Assembly: GCA_963693365.1 (NCBI GenBank)
Contig: CAVNZM010000004.1
Location: forward strand, 11,746,468 to 11,810,467
Direction: 5' to 3'
Source: Amoebidium appalachense
Lineage: Eukaryota; Protista; Ichthyosporea
Length of the DNA stretch: 64,000 nucleotides
This document shows positions 1 through 63,045 of this stretch, one piece after another. The stretch's first letter is position 1. Each line of letters opens with the position of its first letter. Under the pieces are notes generated by a model, which was given only the letters and a program-made list of their open reading frames with translations, was not told the DNA's origin and made no database searches. Both the position numbers and the translations under genes were made by a program.

Positions 1-173
1 CGAGACTTCTGATGCAATAAAATACCAAATACATACTTTTTCAAGCAAAGAAGCATGCATGCTAGAATCAGTGTGCAACTATCCATTTAGATGAACAATC
101 TGCATATTATTGAGGATGCACGTTGTCACCCGTAGCATGTCAAAGGCTTGCAGCTAAAATAGAAAATCTGTAG

Positions 174-256
174 TGTGTGTGTGTGTGTGTGTGCTTATCC
201 GGCGGTGAGTGGGTGAGTGTGCCTGCGTCTGTTCGTGTGTGTGTGTGTTCGTGTGT

Positions 257-295
<39 letters not shown>
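174..295. repeat. interrupted (GT)n microsatellite downstream of the TLDc gene
   Basis: Directly visible GT dinucleotide array. Confidence 0.9.
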
Positions 296-296
<1 letters not shown>

Positions 297-392
297 CTGT
301 GTCCATGATCATTACAATACCTGTGTGTGCGTGCATGGTCACCGGGGAAAAAAGCTAGCAATTCCAAAGGACGAGTACGTCCAAAAACAACC

Positions 393-4306
<3,914 letters not shown>

Positions 4307-6491
4307 GGTGGATGCTTGAGTTTATAGGTTTAGGAACGGGTAGACAAGCCTTCTAGTACACTAAGGTTGAAGGGGACCAGAGTGCTTATTATCTCGAACC
4401 GAAGCGGCTTGTGGTATAAGGAAAATTACAAACATAGGCCTCTTACCACACTGGCCTTTAAGTCTGCTCAAGTGCACAGAAACGCTATTCGAATGCCACA
4501 GTGCTTTCTGTGCACAACTGGGTGACCGGTTGAACGCGTTTTCGTGGGGCGATCTTGCGCTGCGACGCCAGATGTGGTCGCAGCAACGAGCATCATCGCG
4601 TTTTCAACATAAATCTCTTTCTTTCGACCTCCTTAGTGCCCGTTGATAATTGAAAGCCGTAGACGTGCCTCAAACAAAGGCAGTGCAAACGGTGCTCATT
4701 ATTTATGCAAAGTTGGAATCGAGACGATGGGTGATGTGGTTCTAGATCTGCGGTGCGTGTGTGAGCGAGGGAGGACGTATGAGGCTTAAAGAGCTGAAAC
4801 AAAAAGAATCTTTGCTATTTTGTGTATTTTTGGTGGCACCATGCAAAAAAGCCAACACATCCTCCACCTAGGGTAAGGACTTGCAGCTAAGCCGATGTTC
4901 TCAATTGCAAATCACGGGGAAGAGGGAGCGATTGCGAGATTGCGAGATTGCGAGATGGGTGAAGCAGGGATGAATGTGGTTCACACATGGGATGTGTAAG
5001 AAAGTTGATTGCGAGAAGGATTATTACATAGGCTGCTCATATGATTTTTGTGTCAGTCAGTTTGTTGGAAACACATGGCCAAAAAACATATATTAGTTAG
5101 GACTGTAAACATGCTGCAGGACGAAGGTCTTCCTCAGGGGCCAGGGTGGTGGGCGCGACGCGCGTGACCAGTCGGGGAGGCTGTGATTGGTTCAATTCAC
5201 TTCATTCCCCTCTCCTAAGGCCCCAAGCCAATGCCTTTCTGACCCCTAAGTCTTATGAATTTCAGCAATTTGATGTCAACGAAATTCAGTTTAAACTTTG
5301 AACAGCTTTTTGCAGAAATTATGTAATGAAAGATGCAACTATTTTTTTTTTTTGACATAAGCGCTTTTATCTTAACCATAGAACAGCAAATTATGTATCA
5401 ATAAGTCAATACAAAATCTTCTTGAATTATTAATCTTCACTACAGTTACAGTAATACAGATTTTCTACTGAGATTGTTCTTTCAGAAATCTATATGAGCA
5501 TCGGCTCAGTCTTTTTTATTGGCTAACAAAATATTGACCAATCATTACCGACTGCTTTTTCGAACCATACATCCGTCAGAGTGTTCCACATACGGTACTA
5601 TGCACATGCCTTGAGCCCTCCTCCTCAAAAATATTACTAACCTTGAATATATGCAATATATACTCTGGTTTGCTTTACCCATAACGCGCATTGGTCTTCA
5701 CATTCACATTTACAAGTTTTTGCCAGTGAAGAATTTTGGGACCGTCCATTTCATTGGTAGATAGCGCATCCATTTTTGGGGGGGCTGTGTGTACGTGACT
5801 GATTCCACATGCATTCACGTGGTGACTGGCACTGTACAGCACCGTCAGTGGCACGCTCACGGCCATCTAGGGTGTTTCTAGATGGCCGTGGGCAGGCTGC
5901 AGACGCCCAGCCACGATCCGATGTTGTCTGTTGATATTAGACGTCGACACGTGTGCCATGGCGTCGAGCAGTAAAAAGCTTACTTACTAGCTAGTATTGG
6001 GTATGTGTTGTTGCACGTCAGGTCTATCAGGCAGACAGACCGGTCGACCCCTATCTATTCGCACCCGCACCAGGCTTGAAAGGAATCTGTGACAGAATCT
6101 GGGAACATTCGGAACCGAAAAGGTTGGGGGGTCCGGGCCGGCGGGGGAGGGAGAGGGAGGGGAGGGGAGGGGAGGGGGGGGGGGGGGGGGGGGGGGGGGG
6201 AGGGGGGGGGGGGGGAGAGTAATAGCCCCAGGCGGGGGGGATGGGGGGGGTGGGGGGAAGGGGGGAGGGGGGCACCACATTTGTACCATGATAGGTGGCC
6301 CCCCCCCCCCTCCCGGGGGGAGGGAGGGAGGGGGGAGGGGGGAGGGGGGAGGGGGGAGGGGGGAAGGAGTGGGGGGGCTGCTTTTTAAAAGGAACCACTG
6401 GGGCCCTTGCCGGTTAGGGGGGGGTAACCAAGTGCACATTTTGGCAAAGTGCAAGGTTCAAAATTTTAGGCAGCTTCACCTCCCCCCCCCC

Positions 6492-6556
<65 letters not shown>

Positions 6557-6766
6557 AAAAAAAAAAGAAAGAAAGAAAGAAGGAGGAAGGAAGGGGGTAA
6601 AAGAGAGAAAACAAAAAGAAAGAGAACCGGGGGGTTTACGCTGTTTACTCGAGGCAAAGAGAGACCAGTCTCAGGTATGGGGGTTTTTGCTCGGACTATC
6701 CCCTCAGCGGTATATCATGGTCAAGTACAATAGATGTCGGGTGAACTTCAAGATTATATATCAGGG

Positions 6767-8054
6767 TTTTTTTTTCTTTTTTTTTTCTTTTGACTGGATT
6801 TATTGGACGGAAAGATATGCAAGTATGCACGGCATACTGAGAAGACAATAAAAACTTCTCGAGTTATCCAGTAACAAGTGCATACTGAGATACCTGAACA
6901 CTGTGTGAAAAATGCATTTGATTGGCTGTGCTGGAAAACGCAGTAGGCCGTCGAATGTGGCTGGGCCTCCGGCAATGTCTGTCCACGCAATAAAAAGTGT
7001 GTAAACCCCTCATATAAATACTCAATGTGACGACCAACAGAATTCAACAAAAAGTCTAAAGTGGTCACATTGCCAGCCAGTGTAGCAGACACCCGTAGGG
7101 AAAGTGGTAAAACGCGACATAAAAAATTACACCTATCAACATGCTTGCGATTAAAAAGTTCAGCACAAAAGTGGCACCAGCGGCGATGGAAACAAAAATT
7201 ACAACGCCACTGCACAACTTCCCAGGCAATATCAACATCAGAGCACCATACAGACTTATTTACTAGGGTGGTATCCATACGTACAGCAGGAGAAATATAT
7301 CCTGCCAAAAGCGATAATGATCAGTACGGTGTTGCCTAAGGAACATAACACATGCCGACTGAGTTTTACCTTTGATTTCTCTATCAGAACGAGAAAGAAC
7401 CTTATACTGCGTATGGTAATAACGCCAAAAGGCAGAAAAAACAGGAAGAGAAAAGGAAGAGGGAGTGAGATAGCGAGAGGAAGAATCAGGTTGAAAGAGG
7501 GTAGGCTGAGGACATTCAGAAGTAGCGTTGGTGAATCCGGGGGGAAGAGGGATGGAGGGAGGGGGGGGAAAGAAAGCATAAAGAGGGTGACCATCAGGTA
7601 TCCTAACTAAATGAAAACAAAAACGAAGAGACAATTCCTCCACACGACAAACAGCAGACGACAATCCAAACATACTGATTAAGGGAGGCACAAACCGAGT
7701 ACGAAACAAAGTGCGCAGCGCAATACCCTGAAAATCGTCGAACTCTTTCAGCGCCACGGCCGCCTCGCAAGGTGGGGCGCAGGCCAATAGCGGAAGTCCA
7801 TATTCGAAAGTCGGCCGTAAAAAAGTTTTATAGTAGAGAAGAAGGTTCGCAGGATGGATCACAGACTCCCGTTGAAACATATTTGACACGATGTGAAGCT
7901 TACCCCGTGCAGTAAAAGGAATACCTAATAGTCATTGGTGCTCTGAACAGGAATAGGAAGACCGGCCAATCGAAAGGAAGCGTTTTTCGAAAAAGTAGCA
8001 CACTTTGCAATTCCGACTGTCATGAGATTCTCGGTGCACCATTGATCCACCTGA
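6767..8054 (-). mobile_element. 5'-truncated, degenerate non-LTR retrotransposon (LINE) copy with poly(A) tail and ~10-bp TSD
   Basis: The minus strand encodes C-terminal RT motifs QWCTENLMTVGIAKC...FRLAGLPIP...(frameshift)LGIPFTARG and the thumb motif YYKTFLRPTFEYG. After another frameshift comes a Cys/His region (QWRC...CHFC...RKHVDRC...LDFLLN). AATAAA and an A-rich tail lie at ~6767-6804. The direct repeat CAGGGTTTTT occurs at 6762-6771 and 8055-8064. Confidence 0.85.
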
Positions 8055-8233
8055 CAGGGTTTTTCTTGATCTATCAAACACCCAATAGACTAAGAAGAAG
8101 AATGAATTTGTTGGGTTCCCCGTTTTTATTTCTAATTTATTTTTTATTTTACTTTATTAAAGTTTATCATAGTTTATAGTAACTTATTTTTTTAACAGGG
8201 TCCCCTGGGACACTCGGTGTACGTATCGGCTGT

Positions 8234-8346
<113 letters not shown>

Positions 8347-9017
8347 GAGTTTTGTGCTTATGTGTTTCTCAAGCCAATCAAAACATCTAATAAACAGATC
8401 ATAGTCACGTGTGTTAAGTATAGAATCGAGGATGTTGTAATTTTCAGGTAAACTATCTTTCTGGGTGTCTGCTGTGAATGTGTGTGCTGTGTGTGTGTGC
8501 TGCGGTAAAAGAGAACCACAACTTGACATCGGCAGATGTGCCCCCATCCGTCCCTTTTGTCCCTTTGAAAAGGAGACGTAATCTAATTGTGTCGCATTCA
8601 ATAATGCCACCGAGGTCACTGATGTCGACTACTATAGGAACACAGCAGCTGCAGCTTCAGCCCAGTTTAATTTGGCGCCTTTTTCTGGGCGCCTGCATGG
8701 CTGCCTAAAAAGTGTGCCCAGAATGACGACACCGATGTGGTTCACCGCCCAGACGGTAAAATGGGAGGAGCGCTGGCGGTGGTTGGTTTAACCTTCTCCC
8801 TCATCTCATTCCACCTATCATCTCGTGGACTCCGGGAAACTCATAACTGAATAAATTGATTTGCCTCTGAGCTACAGGTGACCCTCACGGTTTACGAAGC
8901 CCTTGGAACCCCCCCCCCCCCCCCCCTGGCCCCCCTCCCCCCTCCTGCCCCTCCACCCCCCAACCCCACCCCACCCCTCCGCCAGCCCGCCCGCCCGCCC
9001 ACCCTCCCGCCTTAGCC

Positions 9018-9050
<33 letters not shown>

Positions 9051-9135
9051 CCCCATGTGCTTTCAACAGAATAATTCTGTGTTTAGCAGAATAATTATGC
9101 TTTCAGCAGATTAATATCAGCAGATTAATTTTGGC

Positions 9136-9400
9136 TTTTTTATTTTATTTATTTATTTATTATTATTTTATTTTATCCCGTTTCACTCCCGGAGGCACTG
9201 CCTAAGGGGAGCTAACGCCTTCCACAGTAGATGCCGGATGTGCTCTCTACATAGTGCAACTATAAGTCAGGATATGTACTAATCCCGACTGTCACTACAT
9301 ATTCTGGCGATTCTTAGCCCACGGGGGTTGCCGCAGTCACGCTAGTCGGGATTGAGCAAACTCACTTCAACCAACACCTAGCCAGGAGTGACGCGGGGCA
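9136..9400 (-). mobile_element. 3' domain of an older SINE-like retroposon (homologous to 9930-10170) with (TAAA)n/A-rich tail
   Basis: Aligns by eye with 9950-10168 (shared blocks TTTCACTCCCGG, GAGGCACTGCCT, GGGGAGCT, ATAAGTCAGGAT, CCCACGG, GCCGCAG, CGCTAGT, CTCACTT, AACACC). T-rich tail on the plus strand at 9136-9175. Confidence 0.7.
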
Positions 9401-9464
9401 AAATAAAAGGATATAAGCAAGAAAAAGTGTCTCAGCGAAAGTTAAAAACAATACAAGAAGGCAA

Positions 9465-9783
9465 AACAGTGTGTTCGTGCTGCTCTGCATGGTGGGAAAG
9501 AAAGAAAGAAGAGCAGTGTGTTTGTGCTGTTCGGCATGGTAGAGGACACTAGAGCAGGGTGTTGGTGCTGCTCGGCATGGTAGAAAACTAGAGCAGGGTG
9601 TTGGTGCTGCTCGGCATGGTAGAAAACTAGAGCAGGGTGTTGGTGCTGCTCGGCATGGTAGAAAACTAGAGCAGGGTGTTGGTGCTGCTCGGCATGGTAG
9701 AAAACTAGAGCAGGGCGTTGGTGCTGCTCGGCATGGTAGAAAACTAGAGCAGGGTGTTGGTGCTGCTCGGCATGGTAGAAAAC
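9465..9783. repeat. 39-bp minisatellite (6 near-perfect plus 2 degenerate units)
   Basis: Unit CTAGAGCAGGGTGTTGGTGCTGCTCGGCATGGTAGAAAA repeated head-to-tail from 9549, with degenerate copies to the left and no spacers. Confidence 0.95.
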
Positions 9784-9929
9784 TTCAAGCAATCGTATTT
9801 GTTAGAGAAAAGACGTCAAAACCGGTCAAAACACGTCTTCTGATTTTGATCGATCGGAATCCCAGGGAGACGGAGGAGATAGCGCTCCAAAATACACGAC
9901 TAGGCCACCTTATCAAAGAGTTAGAGACA

Positions 9930-10516
9930 TTTTTTTATTTTTTTTTTATTCTATCCCATTTCACTCCCGGCGAGGCACTGCCTCAGGGGAGCTTACCGTC
10001 TTCCGCCTAGACACAGATCGTACAGCACACTCATAAGTCAGGATTCTAATTGACCCCAACTGGCACTATTTTTAGTTACGCCTTATCCCACGGTTCTAGC
10101 CGCAGCAACGCTAGTGGGGAAATGAGCACAGCTCACTTTAACAACACCAGCCGGGAGCGACCCGGGACACATACACAAACATAAAGACTTGAAAGGGAAG
10201 ACCCCATGCCCAGGACGCTGACCCGAACCGTGGCCGGTGACTCGGATTGGTCTCCCACTTGAACGTTGGGCCGGGATGCCCAAGCGGCGCGCCGTCGACG
10301 TCAGAGGGCCGGTGCTGTTCATGACGTCATGTCTTACGGCCGGGTGATAACAAATTGGTGGTGCTGCTTTGACGTGGTCTGGGGTGATGGCTTCTAGGGG
10401 GCGGCCAGACCGGTGGACCGTCGAGGCAGAAAAAAAATCGGAAGTAACCAGGATCGATCCTGCGACTTTGAGCTTGACACGCAGAGATCTTACCATTGCA
10501 CCAACCCGCCCCCCAA
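9930..10516 (-). mobile_element. tRNA-derived SINE, full length (~590 bp), with 15-bp target-site duplication
   Basis: TSD AAAGAGTTAGAGACA at 9915-9929 and 10517-10531. The minus-strand 5' head is tRNA-like with A box TGGTGCAATGG and B-box-like GGATCGATCC (10440-10514). Poly(A) tail at 9930-9950. Confidence 0.85.
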
Positions 10517-11127
10517 AAAGAGTTAGAGACAGCTTCTGCGGGTTTTCTAGGGGACGGGCCCGTGGGGATTGTTTTCTCGCTCGGATTTGGTCTGCATTGC
10601 TCTCTAAAGGGCTGACTTGCTTGCTGTGCCCCGGTAGGTTTTGAGGGGGGCCTGTTGGGGGGCAGCAGTAATGATCTTGAAGGCTTCTTGCGGAGTGTGG
10701 CCTGGTCATCATCGCTGCATATGACTAGTTGGAGCAAACTAGTTTCACGCATACACGTGCACTTGTACCTTTGCCCGCTGGTGTCCTTTGGTCACTTGTT
10801 GTTTTATTTTTTATTTCATCGCTGTGGCTCTTTCGAAGTCGGTTATTTTGGTGGTCATGTAGCCTGTGGCTGCACGTTGCCTTCATATCCATGGCCACTG
10901 GACCACTGATCAATAAATCCCAGTTAAGGGAAAAAAAATAAATAAACGATCACAGCCGCAAGTGTGTGATCTGGGATCATGATCATGCCCGGGTGCCCAC
11001 AAGTAGGCTCGCAAGCACTAGTCACATGCACCCTGACTGCGCAAGAAGCAAGAGGCGCGAGAGAGAGTTCAGTTGCGGAACGGTTGAGTCTGTTGGGTGT
11101 GCATGTGTGTCGCTGTGTGTGTGTGTG

Positions 11128-11176
<49 letters not shown>

Positions 11177-12752
11177 TGGGCCCAGGGGCCGCGCCCGGGA
11201 CGCATAATTATATTGTGAATGACGTGCGTGTACACGTGTGACCTGTTTCAGTCAGTCAGTGCTTGTTTGCCCACCGCCCTGGCACGCTGGCATGAAGCGC
11301 AGTCTGTGGTCCAGAAAAGTTCATAAAGTGCTCCTCCAACAACTTCAGTGACATGGGCACACTCTTTTTTCAGCACTGATACTGTACTGATAGCATATCA
11401 AGGTCTCCAAGGTTGCCGCGCACGCGCATGTCGAATATGCCATATGATGATATGACACCGTATACAAAAGGTGTACACACGAAGTTTGCCAAAGGTTTTT
11501 TTTATCCCACCGCCGGTTCTCGGTGCTTCCGCTGTCGAACCGGGCCGACAGCCCGCCCATTCACACGGATGCGCATGCACGCGAGAACCTCTCGCACTCT
11601 CGCGTACACGTGTCTGCGCGTGGTGCAAGGCGTAAAAATATGCTGCTGTACACGCGCCATGTGAAAGTATCATGGAAGAATCGGCTCCCTGGCCAGCTGC
11701 CAGTCTGCCGCGCAAGGGGGATATCCATTTGGCTACATCATACCTCTCTTGCGTTAAGTTACACCTGATTGGTGTATTTTATTGTGAGGGTGTAACTTTC
11801 AGCGAAGATCTTCGGCCAAGTTGCTCAAATTTATTCACTTAGATAACTTATTTGAACTTATTTCGGTATTCAGTAATGAATTTAGCTTGATACGGTTGAT
11901 TTCTATAGTTTACTTAACCTGAAAAGTTAATATTTGATTCACTGCTATGGTGTTTTCGCCGGACATTTCAAATGGGAATGAATCTGCGGCGCGGCCTTCT
12001 AACTGAACGATAGATTTTGAAGAAAAGGCAACATTTTATTCGTCCAAAATCACAGTTGGAATGGTTCGATAATTGGTCGGGTGACTTTTTGAAAAACAGG
12101 GCTAAAAACACGTGGAGCATACTTCAGTCTTTTTGCCTTCGGGGGGATTGTTACTGCAAAGTTTGTTCAAATTACGAACTGAAATTCATAATTATTCATT
12201 ATAGCGTTTGCAACTAGATGAATTAATATTTTTCTAAAGATTTAAATACATTGAAAAATAATAAAAGTAATGGGAGAAGTTCTAATATGCACAACCTAAT
12301 ATTATGCAACACAGTATAGCCTAAATAGATTCTCAACAGCACATGCCCCCCCATCCAATTCGTCATAGCCTTTTCATGTAGATTTCAGGCGCATTTTTAT
12401 GAACGGATCATAGCTTTTGGAGCCCTGTTGGAATGTGGTCAAGTGAAACCCGTCTCCGCACACGACAAACTGACAGTGTTGATACCGCACTTACTCTCCG
12501 GCCCACAACATGAATACCCGAGAGACCGATCAATAGTTTGTATATCGTTTTCTGCTCTAGACATATCATAACGTCTAGTAACGTATAAGTGAGATTTAGT
12601 CTTTTCTCCTGACACATCTGTTTATCTCAGGAGAACCATATTTGCAGACATATGCATACGGTGACAGGCTGTAGCAGAGCTCTAGTTTCAGCGACTAACA
12701 CGTCGCTCCATGAGCTGCAAAGGCTTGCGCCTGTATGTAAAGCATTTGCATC

Positions 12753-13868
12753 ATGGCTAGTGCTGAGGTATTTTTCAACAGTTTTAATCAATATGCGGGG
12801 CATGTAGCTCTCACCCTCGCCCTGCTCTTTCTAGTCGTTGGCCCGAGGCCACTCCGCCCACCGTTTGCACTTGAGGGCTGCCTTAGATGGATGGTCTGGC
12901 TCGATGCAATCGGGGTTATCATGCTGTGGATAGTAGAAAATTCTAAGCCCGTTGATTTAGTGGGGCCATACAAGCCCATGGCGGCCGCCGAGGTGTTCTT
13001 TGCCGTGAAAGACGGATGCAAGTTTGCGTTTATGATGTATCGCTGTGGGTTCGAACCCTGGCCTGCAAGGGTGACTTTTGTGGCCTCCATAACCCTTTAT
13101 GTTGCGTATATGAGCGTCAACTATGGTGGCGCGCCCTTGAAGGTTGTTGACATCTTTCTCGTCATGTTGTATATCTTCTGGACACTAGTCGACTTTACGA
13201 CTGCTTGCACGATGGCCTATCGTCTTCGACACATCACCATGCTAACATTGCGAGGGAAAATGTCGGTTCTTCCTGAGGATCGCAGGCACGTGTACGAGCC
13301 GATCCTTCTGCGTGAGCAACTTCTTTTTCTCTTTGCGAGTTTGGGCATGACAGCAGTTACAATCACAGCCATTCTCCGTGTTGCGGGGGTCTACCAACCC
13401 ATTAAGATCAACCGCGCTGTGTTTGGATACGCACAGGTCCTGCTAGCGGCACCCTCCCTTGTTGGGCAAGGTCCAAAGGCCCGAAGGGTTGGATCTACGA
13501 TGACCAGTGGTCATATTAGTAGGGGTCGATCGATGTCCTCAAATACCAGATCAGGGGCCGTGAGGCCGGCTGCCACGTCAACATCAGGTCATGGAGACAT
13601 GGGGAATGTCGAGGTAAGCTCATTGACAATCCACGGTGTGTCCAGCGGAAGTGGACGGGGCCATGAGAACGATCAGTCTGCATCAGGCAGGCAGGCGCAG
13701 AAGAAACCATGGCCAGGGGGATTTGAGCCAATGAGGGACATAGACATGAACTCGGTTAGTGTTAGGGGTATGGAAGTATGTGATCCTCCTAGCTTCCTTT
13801 CGAATATCTCTCCCTCACATTCGGGGGATATTGACCCACAAAGATCGCCCCTCTCAGAGACTGTGTAA
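12753..13868 (+). CDS. intronless multi-pass membrane protein (~7 TM segments, GPCR-like) with a long Ser/Gly-rich C-terminal tail, 371 aa
   Basis: Single long repeat-free ORF from ATG to TAA. About seven hydrophobic segments in aa 15-240, followed by a polar low-complexity tail. No specific family motif recognised. Confidence 0.75.
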   Translation: MASAEVFFNSFNQYAGHVALTLALLFLVVGPRPLRPPFALEGCLRWMVWLDAIGVIMLWIVENSKPVDLVGPYKPMAAAEVFFAVKDGCKFAFMMYRCGFEPWPARVTFVASITLYVAYMSVNYGGAPLKVVDIFLVMLYIFWTLVDFTTACTMAYRLRHITMLTLRGKMSVLPEDRRHVYEPILLREQLLFLFASLGMTAVTITAILRVAGVYQPIKINRAVFGYAQVLLAAPSLVGQGPKARRVGSTMTSGHISRGRSMSSNTRSGAVRPAATSTSGHGDMGNVEVSSLTIHGVSSGSGRGHENDQSASGRQAQKKPWPGGFEPMRDIDMNSVSVRGMEVCDPPSFLSNISPSHSGDIDPQRSPLSETV

Positions 13869-15344
13869 ATAGTAGTATGCTTTAAGTTTTAAGGAGGGTC
13901 GCTTGCTGTATTAATATACCGTGTGCCGCACTTAGCATGAAAATTTCACATGGATTTTAAATTAGTTTAAAATGGCTGTCCATACTGCCTGTTAACTGTG
14001 CATTGTTCTTAAGATCTTAACGTGCCATAGGCTCATAATAACCAAACGGTGTAATTTTCTCCAACATGCCGAGCTCATGGGCATAACCTCGAGTCTAGTG
14101 TACATATGTCTTTCTTGTTGTCAGTCAGCTTGCTTAACGAGTTTTTTTAAGGGAAGTATTAAAGGATGCAATGCCATCAAGGCCCCCACTTCTTCTCTGT
14201 TGCCACACGAGAGTTGTGTGGGATCCTATTTCAGACATGTCTGCATGCTGAGCGCATGCGTGACGTCGTAAGATGGGCAGAGGGTGGTGGGTGTATCAGC
14301 GGTTAAGTAGCCCATGCATGATGATAAGAATGACCAACCATGCCTATACACAATCGTTTGTATGAATGAACACTGACTGGGCTATGTTCTGTGCCCTAGT
14401 CCACCATCTCAAGAGGGGCCCAGGTGGCTTTCCCCCAGCAGGAAAGAAGCTTGGGAGTTCTTTGAACTTCACAAAACAAAGCAGCAGTGCCCACTTAATC
14501 CTACCACTGAAAGTGAACCTGCACACACTTCGGGCTTACCGGCATGTTCATGCAAAGAAGTCCCCCAGTCTAGTCCCTCCCCCTCCCCTGCCAGCCCTTC
14601 ACTCCCACCTCTGTATGTGTTGATTTGTGCAACATTGTTTGATACTGGGTGTGCATGCATGTCTGCGTGTGTGTGTGTTCTGCTGTTCCAAGCCGGGAAG
14701 TGGATGTTTGTGCAATCAGGTGCCACGGTATACACGTCACTACAAACTGTTTAATATTCGATTGATTGCAGAAATTCAAACAGGACCAGCCTGTAGGGTA
14801 CCACCAGCAGAATCAGCACTTCATCCATTTAAATATCTATAACTTGAACCAACCAATCGATAGCGAGATATAGCCGTGAAACCCATCATCAATTATTCGG
14901 ATGCACCACTAGTACTGGTACACACATTGGTTTCGACTCACACAACTCGAGCTCTCGCCACTGAAAATTTTAAAGACTACACCATACATCCAATCAATTG
15001 TCAAGAACTCGAATAATGAAACAAAATATGAAAATATTCAAAAATCTGCTTGTTTACCATGCCGCCCAAAAAAAAATCTTTGTGTATTTATTTAATATAA
15101 TCAATCATTCGAAACGCATGTCAATCACTTAAATAATTTCACACTAAACACCCATTTCCCCTGAAAATCTTTCAATACATGCAACTTAATCAAATCTACT
15201 CAGAACTATTTGTTGTGCCACCCTTACAAAATCAAGTGAAGTACTTCGCCAAATAACACTACGGGGAAACGTCCCCAAAAAACGCCACGAATCAAAATAT
15301 TCAAAATATTTGCATTCCGATCAGACAATCTTCATTCCATTTCT

Positions 15345-62865
<47,521 letters not shown>

Positions 62866-62998
62866 CTGATTTGTGTGTGTACGTGTGTGTGTGTAAAGGT
62901 GTGTACGTGTGGGGGAGAAGGGGGGGGGGGGGGGGGGGGTATGGTGTTGGGGGACGGAGGAAGGGAGAGCGGAAGGGGGAGGGTGTGTCTGTGTGGGG

Positions 62999-63045
<47 letters not shown>

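Noticed and set aside
9465-9783. CRISPR-like repeat array
   Set aside because: The units are contiguous with no unique spacers, there are no cas genes, and the context is eukaryotic.
10440-10514. Functional tRNA gene
   Set aside because: The anticodon and acceptor stems do not pair properly, and it lies exactly at the TSD-defined SINE 5' end.
10083-10752. 209-aa and 141-aa minus-strand ORFs
   Set aside because: They cross the SINE boundary and TSD and the tRNA-like head; they are chance ORFs in GC-rich repeat.
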